This document shows positions 1 to 12,200 of a stretch of DNA of 64,000 nt, piece after piece. A program made the position numbers and the translations under genes. The notes under the pieces are model-generated. The model saw only the letters and a list, made by a program, of their open reading frames with translations, was not told the DNA's origin and did no database searches. The number at the start of each line of letters is the position of its first letter. The stretch's first letter is position 1. Where the stretch lies: IMG/VR virus record IMGVR_UViG_3300037851_000950, positions 36,702 to 100,701 of that record. One strand, 5' to 3'. Origin of the DNA: a virus.

Positions 1-1
1 C

Positions 2-1516
2 TACGATGACGCTCCTCCTGTCGAGCGCTATCAACCGGCGACTACAAAAAAGCAAGCGGGCAAGTCTGCGCAAGCAAATACAGAGTCGCAGTCTATTTTC
101 AGAACACCTGAAGAAATGGGGCAGTATCTAAGCAACCTTGCAGGCAGATTCAACAGAGGATTTGTTAATCTTCCCGCAACTTTTGCAAACATGCCCGCCG
201 ACATTATCAATTTGTTTGGCGGAAATATTCCTGAAGAACAAAAACTGGGTTATGGTTGGCAAACCAATGTGACTGGTGAGTTAGCAAAACTACCCAATTC
301 TCCACTTAAAGTGGATTCTACTATAAACGATATTCCAAGTCAAATCATGGAGGCACTGCCCATTCTTATGACGGGAAGAACTCCGGCGGGGCAAGTATTC
401 AAATCAGCACCAGTTACTGTGAAAGCTGCTGATCTTGTTGGAAAAGGTGCTGCTAAAGTAGAAAGAGCTACGAAAGCTACCGCAGAAGTAATTCCCAATA
501 CCGCCAAAGCACTTACCAAAATGGCTACCAGGAGAGGGTGGGTTCCCAGTGTGGCGAATCTTATTAAGTTTCCTGAATTGAGCAAGCTTTCCAAAATAAG
601 ATCTGCAGCAAAATCCCAAACTGTCGATTGGACTACCGGAATATCTCCTGAAAGAGTTGAGGCCATCAAAAAAATGATGTATGAAATGGACATGGGCTTT
701 CGCTCTGGTGGGAAACTTCCCAAGGCTCAGGATGGACTTAAGTTGCCAAAGTATCCTTGGATGACAGATCCCGAGATAAAACTTGAACCGGCCTCTGCAA
801 CCGTAGCGCTCGGCAATCGATTGGCCCAAACTCCCGATACTGCTCGCGAAGTAGAAGGTGGAGACGAACCTCCCCCAAAAGAAAGCGTATTCAAGAAATT
901 CATGAAGGGTGATGGTCTTGAAACGGCCGTCTCCATAGGATTCCCCTTGCTCGCCTCCCAGCTCTTAAAGGGGGGTTATGGCGGTGCCGGTCGTCCGGTC
1001 GAGAAAGTTGAGCTGGCCGTAATGCCCGAGCAAGATCTTCCCGGAAGACCCAAACCGATGTCGCTTACTACTTCTGACCGTTGGAAAGGCGTAGATGCAA
1101 GTGTCGGTCGTGCAGATCAGGTCAATCGCGATAATGCGAATACTGTTGCGGAGAATGCTTGGCGTATGCAAAACGCCATGCAAAAACTGGCAACTCGTCA
1201 GCAAGGATTCAATACGATCAATCAAGGTCGTATGTTCAATGCTCAGAACGTAAATCAGAGAGCTGGTCAAGATCAGTACATTGCTCTCCAGCGAGATATG
1301 TTCAACAAGCAGATTCTGAACAGCATTCTCGAAGGAACTTACGGCAACGTGCTGAAAGGTATCCGCGAACCTCGTGTCAATCGTGCAGCCGAACAATCTG
1401 AAAATGACCGCACGATCATCAAATACGGTGATGAAAATTCTCAGGCATATAAAGAAGCTCTGAAACGGATGGGTTATTCGATTTCCAAAAGAGAAGGAAA
1501 ATCCAAAGCATCTTAG
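2..1516 (+). CDS. Virion cargo/ejection protein (crAss-like), probably 5'-truncated by the window
   Basis: The frame of track ORF 116..1516 is open back to position 2. It contains FRSGGKLPKAQDG, a GG-x-x-x-K-x-Q-x-G motif of the kind seen in crAss-like cargo proteins, has a Q/N-rich helical C-terminus, and lies upstream of the vRNAP genes. Confidence 0.55.
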   Translation, partial: YDDAPPVERYQPATTKKQAGKSAQANTESQSIFRTPEEMGQYLSNLAGRFNRGFVNLPATFANMPADIINLFGGNIPEEQKLGYGWQTNVTGELAKLPNSPLKVDSTINDIPSQIMEALPILMTGRTPAGQVFKSAPVTVKAADLVGKGAAKVERATKATAEVIPNTAKALTKMATRRGWVPSVANLIKFPELSKLSKIRSAAKSQTVDWTTGISPERVEAIKKMMYEMDMGFRSGGKLPKAQDGLKLPKYPWMTDPEIKLEPASATVALGNRLAQTPDTAREVEGGDEPPPKESVFKKFMKGDGLETAVSIGFPLLASQLLKGGYGGAGRPVEKVELAVMPEQDLPGRPKPMSLTTSDRWKGVDASVGRADQVNRDNANTVAENAWRMQNAMQKLATRQQGFNTINQGRMFNAQNVNQRAGQDQYIALQRDMFNKQILNSILEGTYGNVLKGIREPRVNRAAEQSENDRTIIKYGDENSQAYKEALKRMGYSISKREGKSKAS

Positions 1517-1542
1517 TTAATTCGTCGCTAAATTGATTTCAC

Positions 1543-3228
1543 ATGGCAGGAGAATATCCGTTCATAAATGCTCCCGGATCGGGTTGGCACGATACTTCCC
1601 CGAACTCAGGTACTGTCGCTCGTCAAATCCGTTCACAAACCAAAGAGAGACTCCTTCAGGAGGCTCAGTCGTTATTGCCGGATTCCAATGCTCTCTCTGA
1701 GCAGCTCATCAAGTACAAGCTCTCTGGTGGAGATCGTAATGTCTTTGTAGGACAACTCAACGGTATGATAAACGAGTACCTCAAAGAGTTCAACGAGAAT
1801 CCTTACTATGCTTTTACTAAGCGTGGGAAGGATCTCTCCAAAAAGATGCAACAGTGGGTGAATCATCCCTCGCTGACTTCCTTGGAAGCAAATCAAAAGC
1901 GGCTTGAGAAAGAATACGAACGTGCAGAACGTGACGGTATACTTGGCAAAATCAACGTGGTCGGAGGTAAGATTTCGGCCTACGACACCAAGAACAAACG
2001 CTTCACCTTGGTTTCTCCGGAGAACATCGACTATAAGCGCTATCAACCGTTGACTGTTCAGGACGCCTTGGATTTTCAAGGCAAAACCGGATTTTTCAAT
2101 CAGGAAGATCCATATACACCAAACGATCCGTTGGAAATATCAATGGCTTCGGACAAGGAATTGCGGGATCATATCAACGCAATTCTTACCGACACAGGAG
2201 ACACAACTCTTGACGATACTCTCGCAAAGCTTGAGAATGTTACGGGAAAAATGAGCGATCTGGCCACAAGCCGGATATCTTCAAATTCTCAGCAGCTCTC
2301 CATGAAAATGAACGCACTTATGTCTGCGGCCGGTCTTTCGGGAAACTACTGGGATACTCTCAAATCAAATGCCTATTCCGCACTTCGTGATGCTAAGGGT
2401 GCATTCCCGAGTGAAGAGCGGGTCAATCAGGAAGCTGTTAACTATCTGAAGAATCTCATCTTCAGTCGCAGCAAGTATGCAGAGAACATTACTCCTCTTC
2501 CCCAGCATATCCTGAAGGCCACTGGCAAAGGCGATGGTTCTGAAAAGGATACAAATGTGGGTGTTGTACAGGGACTTCTCGAAAATCAAATTGGATCTGT
2601 CATCGATAATATAACGAACGTCAATCCTACGAATCCTCGTCAAATGTATACCGGCAGACAGGTTCCTTTGATAAATGTCTTGGGAGCAAATAACCAACTC
2701 TACGGCGCACTCCCTGCTCCCGCAAATGCTGTTCTCAATTCCTTTGTAACGCAGGCAGGAACAATAACCACTCAGCTCGGAGATGTCCCTCTAAAAGACA
2801 AGCGGATGATTATTCCTGCAAAAGATGGAAAGTTTACCATTGTGCCGGATGGCTCTAAGGCGTGGGTTATTATGGATGCGTACGTTCCCGAAGATAATTT
2901 CCAAGAAGAAGCGGGGGCAAATATAAACGCTGTTGAAGTTGACGAGAATGACAAAGGTTATATTGAGAACCTTCTTTCCATCATGAATAAAGAGTCCGAA
3001 ACAAATCCATTGATGCACTTTCCTGACACAGGAGGATTTATGGGCAAGGATTACGTAAAAGTTGCTATCAAATTCGAGTATGACCCGAATCTGAATGACA
3101 TGTTCAGAGTAGCGACAGATAAGAACCCCTTGTATATGCCTCGTGAAGGAGCTAACTTGTTTGGTACAAAAAAACAGAAAGAACAAGCTGATCCGAATTT
3201 GCAACGAAATATTTACCAGGAAGAATAA
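1543..3228 (+). CDS. Putative internal virion/ejection protein, 561 aa
   Basis: Long ORF between the cargo gene and the vRNAP gene, helical N-terminal half, no catalytic motif recognised. Called by position only. Confidence 0.45.
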   Translation: MAGEYPFINAPGSGWHDTSPNSGTVARQIRSQTKERLLQEAQSLLPDSNALSEQLIKYKLSGGDRNVFVGQLNGMINEYLKEFNENPYYAFTKRGKDLSKKMQQWVNHPSLTSLEANQKRLEKEYERAERDGILGKINVVGGKISAYDTKNKRFTLVSPENIDYKRYQPLTVQDALDFQGKTGFFNQEDPYTPNDPLEISMASDKELRDHINAILTDTGDTTLDDTLAKLENVTGKMSDLATSRISSNSQQLSMKMNALMSAAGLSGNYWDTLKSNAYSALRDAKGAFPSEERVNQEAVNYLKNLIFSRSKYAENITPLPQHILKATGKGDGSEKDTNVGVVQGLLENQIGSVIDNITNVNPTNPRQMYTGRQVPLINVLGANNQLYGALPAPANAVLNSFVTQAGTITTQLGDVPLKDKRMIIPAKDGKFTIVPDGSKAWVIMDAYVPEDNFQEEAGANINAVEVDENDKGYIENLLSIMNKESETNPLMHFPDTGGFMGKDYVKVAIKFEYDPNLNDMFRVATDKNPLYMPREGANLFGTKKQKEQADPNLQRNIYQEE

Positions 3229-3236
3229 ACGCATCC

Positions 3237-6200
3237 ATGGAACCAATCAATAACTCCAAAGAATCACCGACTACACTTCCTACCCCCACCACTCCCGTCA
3301 CCGGCAAGGCAACCCCTGCGCTGGGCCAGAAGTTTGACTGGTTTCTTGACGATCTGGACGGTAAGAACGCTAACCCGGCGGACCTTTACCACTCCGGTAT
3401 TCGTCCGGAACATCTTGCAATGCACGATGCTGAAAAGTATTGGAGCAGACCGGAGATTCAGCAAAAATTCAAAGCTCAGTTTGGAGAAAAGGCAAAAGAA
3501 CAATTCGAGAATGTGTACAAGCTGTCGAAAGATCGGCTTCAAGCATTCCGCCAGGATGCTTACGATATTGATGCTACCTCGACGCCTGTATTCGATTTTC
3601 GTACACCCGCTGCAGAACGCCTGGCTGCAGCCGGGAAAGGCTCGTTCAGCAAGGCTTCGCCTGTACGTAAAGAAGCTCCTGCCGGTGGGATAGATCCTTG
3701 GGGGCGTCAATTGCTCGGGATCAACCGTAATACCCGGGTCATGTCGCTCGGGCCCCCTCAACATGGTTGGAGAGAGACGCCCAACATTAAGGTAAAGACT
3801 CCTGACGGACGTTACGTCACTGTCGAGGAATACAAGAAGATTGATCCGGATGCTACGTTTGTTCATGCGGTAAATGAAGACGGATCTCCGATGGTTGGCG
3901 AGGATGCTCAAAACTATCTTCGTCCGCTTGCCTGGGGTGAAGAGAAAAGAACTTATGAACAATACTGGACAGGTGATTCTTGGAACGTATTTGGGTCCAC
4001 TGGAATCGGTACTCCGGAATGGTATGCTGCAAAATGGCTACCCAAGAATGTAATGAATTTTTCGGCCGATACTATCGATGCCATGGCCGAAACATTCAAG
4101 CTCGCTGATAACTTTTTCCAGACCGGCGTGCAGAGTGACTGGGACAAAGCGATGACCAACATTCAGAATGTCACCATGTCCAAGATGTGGGGGTCAACAT
4201 CTGAATACGGAATGAGCGATTGGAAAACCGCAGAGGGTCTTGGAGATGGCTTTGCTCAAGTCGGCATGCAATTGCTTGGCATGATGGGAGTCATCAAGGG
4301 AGTGACTGGACTGTCTCGTGTTGCAAAGCTTGGAGCTGGTACACGCGCCGGTTCTCGTGCGGCTCTTCTGTGGATGTCGGCTATTGCTTCCGACGATTTT
4401 GCCAAAGAGGGTCGTGAGATTGGACTCACTCCCAAAGAGCAGGCAACTGCTTGGGGCGCATATATGTTTGGTATGTACTATCTGGAGAAGCTTTCCGAAC
4501 TGGTAGTCGACCCGATTACTTCCGGATTCCAGGTAAAGCAAGCGGTAAAGAAGATGCTCATTCCTTCTCTTGCTGCAGCCAAAGCCACCTCACCAACAAA
4601 AACACTCGCATTGCCCGGCATTATCCAGGCAGTCAAGTCTACTCGTGCCTGGCTTGACGATGGTCTCCGGGAGATGATGACTTCTCCCTCCAAACTGGTC
4701 AAGTATACTGCCGCAGGCGCTACCGAAGCGACTGAAGAAGGTCTGCAGCTTGTCTGGGACAAGGGATTTAAGACTGGATACAACGAAATCTATGGTGACT
4801 ACATCGGCTCCCCGGAGTATGATCAACTCACCAACCGTAACAAGGACGCTCGCTTCAAGCCCAATTGGGATACTTTCTCTACCGAACTCGCTGCCAACCT
4901 CACCATGGGTTTTGCCGGCGGTGTGTTCTTCAAGTTTTCTCAGAGCATGTTCGAACGTAACACGCCGACCGATCGTCGTGAAGTGCTCGCGTTGGGAGCC
5001 ATTGAAGGTGGTTTCGAGAAGGCCAATCGTTATCTCGACGATCTGTGGAGCCGTGATAAAATTCTTCCCGGCCAGAAGTATACCGATGCTTTTGGCAAAG
5101 CGCTGGAGAAAGGCAAAGAAATGTCCTCTCGTTCCGGAATGGCTTACCAGGCAATGAAGGCCGAGCTCCGCATGGCCGAGCAACTCTGGAATTCCAAGAA
5201 TCTTGCTATGGCAAAACCAGTCATGGCAGATCGTATTTCATACCTCAACGAAGAGACCGTTGCTCGCTATACTTCCTTCAAAAAAGATGTAACCAGTAAA
5301 CTCGAAGAACTGGACAAAATCCAGGGAGAGATGCTGGATAACAAGTTGAGCGACGTTCAGATCAAAGCTGCCGAAGCACGAGCCCAAGTTCTTGAAAAAG
5401 AACTCAAGGATATGGCGGAAGGCAAATATGCAAATCGCTATCTCCACGAAGCAATCTTTCGGGTTGATCCTCTTGTCAGAAGCAGATATACTGAAGACGC
5501 CAATTCAAATCTGGACTTCGAGCAATTCGCCAAATTGAATGCCTACATGACTGCTCGTGTAACTAACGCAGCAGAACTCCAAGGCAAAACACCCAAAGAA
5601 CTACTCAAACACATTCTTGAGAATCGTACACTCGGTTATAGCGTCGAACAAGCAAAAGAAGCAGTTACTGCTCTTGATGAGGAGTACGGTGTAATTTCTG
5701 AGGAGATGCCTGACGGAACTATCAAGAAGAAACTTCCGGAAGGAGATCTCGGCAAACAGTATGCACAAAAGAAAGCACTGATTGATTCCATGATTCTCGG
5801 TCCCGAGTGGACTGACGAACAGGCCAAGGTTCATCGTATTCTCTCCATTGATCCGCTCGACGATTTTTACGCTTCGTTTACACCTGATGGATCTGCAGGT
5901 GTTGCCTTTAAACGTCAGATAGAGGTATTGGAGAAAGAAGCCATGAGCTCTATGGCTACTGGAACCAAGGTGTTCGACGACACTACCTCGATCAGTGCAA
6001 TTGCGAGCCAGGTCATCAAGCGTATACAGCAGGCTGAGGCAATGGCCAATACTAACCGGGAAACCAATGAACTGCTTTCTAAAAACGGAATCTCGGAGAA
6101 ACATCAAACCATCGATCTGCCTAAAAAGGAACAGATCATACGACAGCTTTCCGAAATGCTTGGAAGGCTTCAAACGCTTTATGAAGTTGCTCTTGCCAAC

Positions 6201-9200
6201 AAAGGCAATTTCTACAAAGCTTCCCAAGAAGCTGCTGACCGGCAGAGGATGTATACCTCGACCATGATGACTTCGCTCATCAATGCCGGAATAAGAGAAC
6301 CGAGTTACAAGCTGTTCTTCGAGACTCTTGCACCGGATGCCGCAGCTCTTACAGCGGATACCAATTCCGATAATGCTTTTGTTCGTCTTTCTAATCTGCA
6401 GAAAAAGCTTCACGATTACTTCCAAAGCGACGCGAAAGCTGCGATCACCCGGTTTATGATGATGATGGAAGAAGGCCGAATCTCTGAAGACGAGTACGGT
6501 TACATCAAAGCCATTATCTCCCAAGATCCAAAGAACTTTTACAGTGCTTATCAGGACGTGCTCAAAGGAATGACGGCCGATAACCGTACTCCATTTCCCG
6601 CACAGCTTCGCAATTCCTATCGTATCGCTGCCCATCTTTCAGGGAATGACAATGCTTGGGAATTCTACAATTCCAAGCGTCGTGAAGATGGTGCGTACCC
6701 ATACGTCGTAAACCTCAACGAATCGTTTTTTCTGGATCTGCCCCAAGGCGAGGGTAAGACTTTCATCGCGGCTGTCGGCGTGGCTGCTTCTCAAAAGCTC
6801 TACGGCGGAGAAGCAGTTCTGTTTGCCAAGCGTGATTGGGTTGTCAAGAAAAACATTGCTGAGTTTGAAAGGGTCGGTGCAAAAGTGAAACCTTCCCCGG
6901 GATTCAACGGATCGTTCGAAGCTATCATGAAGTTCGTCGAGAACAAGAGCATGATGGAGAACGTACGTACGATTGTAATCGATGAGGTACAGCAATATCG
7001 GAAAGATCAGATTGCCGAGCTTGATAAATTCATTGGACTGTTCAATCAACAACAAGATCCAAGAAATCGGGTTCGTCTTCTTTTCCTTGGAGATTCTGCT
7101 CAGTATGGTCCTATGCACCCGGACCCTAAGCATTTCAATCTTCAATATCACATTGGCGATAACCCTGGTCGCTCTATTGTTGAGCGTGGAGAAAGCACAG
7201 GCTTCAATTTCCGTTCGGGCAATACCGACATCAATACTGTTCTCTCCCACTTGCGAAGCATGTGGTTGCAGAACATGGTTCGTAACTTCCCGGAGATCGT
7301 AGTTAAATACAATCTCAAGAACAGAAACGGTGTGATGATGACCGACGATATGGTCGGTTCGCTCAAGAACATTGTCGGCGCTCTTGGCCCGAACTCTCCG
7401 GACTACGTGGTGATTGCTCCGCCCGAGCGACATTCGCTTTACACCGCCGCTGGCGTACCCTCCTCTCAGATTATGGATGTAGAGCAAGCCGGAGGAGGTT
7501 CCTGGAAAGTTGTTTTTATAGATCAGGACTTTGATCTTAACAAACCTGGCGGTGCCAGATCCAACGAGATATCCAAGGCACTCACTGCTGTTGGCCGTGC
7601 TGCTGAATTTGCGGTCATTGCAAACAAACCAAGCTATGCGATAAGAAGTGTCGAGGGAGAATCTATCGGTAAAGAAAATCAGTTCTCGACCGAAGAAATG
7701 ACCCGAATGCGCACCAAGGAATTGACCTCTCTTGAAAACGCCTCACTTCCTGTAAATCCTACTATTGATCCGGTAATCAACAGAGAGTATACTTCTGTCA
7801 CCCTTGAGACTGTTGTTAAGACCGAATATGCAGATGTCAATACTGACATCAACGAACAGATCAATAAGATGGTGGCAAGTACGATCGGTAAGTTGCCGAA
7901 CTACGCGCTGACTCATACATACTACAACTACGCGTCTTCCAAATCTGCCGATGGTACTGTCAAACAACTCTCGGAGCTTGAAGGCAAGAAACTCAAAAAG
8001 CAATTTTTCAATGGTCCCACGATGCCGTTTGAAGCAGATCGTGTTTCTTATGAGCTGAGAATACAACGCAATCAGTTTCCTACTCAAAGCGTCTACACTG
8101 TTGCGGAGCAAGAAGATCCTGCAATTCGTCACCACGAACGCATGGTTCTCTACGCCAAATTTTCAAAAGGTGGTGTTGAAATGGGGGAACTTTCTGTGGG
8201 GGAACTGAGTGTAAAAGACCTTAAGATTCCGGGAGATCCCAACGCAGTGTTTGCAATTCCTCTCAAGACAGATGAGACCTTTACGGCACTGCTTCGGTCA
8301 AACTATGCAGAAGCCGCGTCCGGTCCGAATTTCCGCAATCCTTGGAAAGCTCTTCAGAAGGAGCGCGAGCAGGGAGTGAATCGAACGAAGCTCGAAAAGA
8401 ATCTCGACGATTTCATTGCCGAGAACCCGGACATTAATTTCTCGACAAAGGTATGGCACCGTACTACTGCACCTGTTGAAGGTGCTGGTAAAGCGGAAGC
8501 CACACCGTACATCTTCATTTCTGCCAAATACAGTCCTGAAGAGATGGATGAAATTCTCAGGGTTGAACAATCAAGCCAGTATGAGAAACGTCCGTACGGA
8601 ACCAAATTGAGGATCTCCGATCAACAGCTTGATACCTGGCAGCAGATGGGTATTTATGGTATCCCTATTGAAGGGGGTATCGAATATCCATTTACTACAT
8701 TTCTGGAGAAGATGGCAGGCGATGCCGCACTGCCTAAAGCAGATCGCACTTTCTACGTTACTTACAACCAAGAAAGAAGACTTCGTGATTGGCTCATTAA
8801 GACGTTGTCACCAAAGAATCCCGAATTCGATTTCGAAACAAAGGACGAGTTTATCAAGAGTAAACTGTTCTCCAGCAACTCAAGAGAAGATCAAATTCGT
8901 CGTTATCTCGCAACCAAAGTCGCGCACTCAATTTATCCCCGCGGCATGCGGGAGGTTACAGAGCCGACGGAAGAAAAGGGAAGCTGGGTAAGCCGAAAAG
9001 AAAATAAGGGAGCTTTCGGTATCAAAGATGACACCAAAGATTATCAGTTGTATGCAACTGATCTCATGTTGTCTCTTTACGAGGATTCTATCAAGAAAGA
9101 TGTCGGTGAGGGTAAAGACGGACGTATGTCAGACGTCGCTCTTGCCAAAGAAGTTCTCAATGAGATTTCTCGCAAGCTCTTCCCCGACGGTTGGTGGATG

Positions 9201-12200
9201 CACTCCAGCATTATTGAAGGTTCCACCGTTGAGCGCAAAGCTCCGTTTGGAGCCAGTGCAATCTCACGCGGGGACTACACAATCACTAATCTGCTCAATG
9301 TTCCCAGACCAGTCATGCAAATTCCAATCGACGCAATCAACAATGCGTTGAATGGGTCTGTACCTTCTGAGGTGAACATTACAGTAGAGCAGCGGCCGGC
9401 AGTAAAAGAGGAAACCAAGCAGGCAGATATCATTGATGCCGACAAAGATCCCGACACGGGATTGCCTATCGGAGAATACGTTCGCAAATTCGAGGGTGCT
9501 CCTGATACGATTGAGGGCATTCAGGCTCGTTGGTTTGGCAAAGGCTCTGATTTTTATTACCTGCACGAATTCACAACCTATTTCAGAAACCAGGTTTACA
9601 ACTCGGTCTTCAATCTGCAGTCTGAGACTCCTCACATTGCTACTGAAGAAAGCTTGAACGATTCTCTCTCTGCACTGCGTCGTTCGATTTCCCAGCGCAT
9701 CAAAAGCTTCCAAGATGCCGGAATAAATCAGAGTCAGTATGCTGTTCGAGGATTGCTTCGAAACTCCAGAGAATCGTACTACGCGTATGTAATGCACTAC
9801 GAGTTTGATGCACTCCTGAAAAACTACGTTCAATCTATTCGAAAAGATCCTGCCGGGCGCTATCGTTTTGTCTCTGACAAATTCTCATTCAACCAGATGA
9901 GCGATTCTGGTCACGAGGTTTCTCACATCGGAACGGGTTCAAAGATGGTTGCCCTCCACATCTACAATACTCCGTTCATTGAAGTCGCTTTTGGGAAAGA
10001 CAAGGATGGAAACATCATTAAGGAATACGTAAGTAGTCGTACTCTGAATCAGGGCGATTATGTTCGCTTGATTCGAGATATGCAGGATAACGACATCACC
10101 TCCAGGGAGAAGGCGCTTGCCTATTTCTCCCTGAATGGCAGTGAGCCTCAGAACGATCTGGATCGGATCAAGCGCTCCATCTATCTCCGTTTCCTTGCAC
10201 CTGCCGACAGATTGGTTAAAGTCAACGGGGCGACGTATCACTCGATGGAGACTGCTCCGCGCAATGAGCGCGAGATGCAAATTGCTGCAGATACAGTAAC
10301 TGCACTCATTTCTTTTCTGGCATCTGGCAATGTAGTTGATTATGTCAAAGTTTATCTGCACGCCGATAATCAGACAAATACTTCTGGCCGATTCACCGGT
10401 AATAAAATGCAGGCGGACTTCTTCCGTGCTGATATGGAAGCTTCAATCAAAGGTGCCTTGGAAATGAATCTCGAAAAGAGGGTTGTAAACTCCAAGACAC
10501 CTCCGCTTGCTTACTTCAGTCGCCATGATCAGGTAGCCACTTTCAAATTCAACAACGGTCCCGGTAACGAAGAGACTTTACGAGTACGCTTCAAAAACAA
10601 TGCGTATGAAATTACTGTCGGAGATACTAAAGAGCGTCCGCTCGATCCCGCTGTAATTGGCAATTTCTTCCGTCACGTTGGTTTGGGAGCGATTGATGGA
10701 AAGATGTATGACAAGATTGTGCAAGCTCCTGGCTTTGGCGCATCCATGTATGAGATTGCCAAATTCTTCAAGAAAGAAGATCCGAGCAAAGAGATATTTG
10801 AAGGAGCGTCTCTTTTCGCCTGGGAAGAATTCTCCAAAGCAATCGGGACTGTTCGGGATATTCAGGCGTCTCAGACCTACAATCTGCTTGGCAAACCAGG
10901 CAATCCTGTAAATCTTGTATCTCTTAGCAATCCCGTAGATCGCACCAATCAAAAGATCAAAGAATATCAGACGTCTCCTGTTCAGGGACCGTTGAATGTT
11001 TTGGATATTGTCAAAGGAGATCTTGGTGTTGAGGGGGTTCTTCTTCTCGAAGGGCTTATCGTACAGGGAACGCGAAGAAGCAAGTCGGTTAGCGAATTGA
11101 CTCCTCGCGAGTTTTTCAAGTTCATGTTCAGAGATCTGTATCTTTCTTCTCTGGCCAAGCAACTCAAACCTCAACATAAGGTCAACATCCCTTTTGTCAC
11201 TCGTGCCTATGCGGACAAAGGAATGGCTCCAGCGCCCATCTTCTCAAACAATGAATGGTTGCCGCGGCATAACGACGTTGTCGATATTGCTTTTCTTCGG
11301 AATCGCGCAGTAAAAAGCAAGCATCGTTATTATGTAGCTCTTGGCCAGGCAGCTTTGCAATCCTGGAAAGACGCATTTGCTGCGACGGGAATTTTGAAGA
11401 ATGTTCCTATTAGCTCTGCTGCTTCTCCGGAAGAACTAATTGCTGCGCTTCAAAGAATCAATGAGATCATTCCTACTTTTGACGACGCACAAGTCAAGGT
11501 GTTAATGAAAACGGGTTTGGTGAAAGAGCTGCACTATCGTCTCAAAGCTAATGCAGACGGTACTCTTTCTATGCTACCAATGAAGCAATCGTTTCTTGAC
11601 AAGATCGATCTGCAGAAGTTAGATAAGCGCATGGCTGCAAATCTTGCCAACTTCACGACTGAGTACTACAAGATGAATGTGAAGAGCGATGAGCTCAAGC
11701 AATATCTCGATCGTATTGGTATTGATGAAGACAGTGCAATCAAGTCGTTCTTCTGGAATCAAGCGTGGGTCGCTCATAACTTCAATTCACTTCACGCTGG
11801 AGCCATTGAACAGTACGGCACTCGTGATGAGTATTCCGATATGGCAAAGCGTGCGTCCGGTCAGTCGACCCATCGTTATCGCTTTGTTGAGAGAGATAAA
11901 AACTGGGTTCCTGACGGAGCGCCGCGGAATGTAATTGAAGGTCGCAAACTTGGTCAGACGTCGAAGACTATGATCATGAATGACTTTGCTGTTACCCGAC
12001 CTTCGATCTCGTACATGGGCAATAAAGTGTCAACCGTTAAAGTATATGACGGTCTTGCGTTTCACAATCCATACGCAAGATTGCAGATGCAAGCGTCGTA
12101 TGGTGGAAACTTTGGATTCCAGGTAGGTAAGAACCTCAAGCCGATCTCTTCGTTCATGCGTCCTATTGTCGGATCTTCCCGACTCGACAAATATGCTTCC

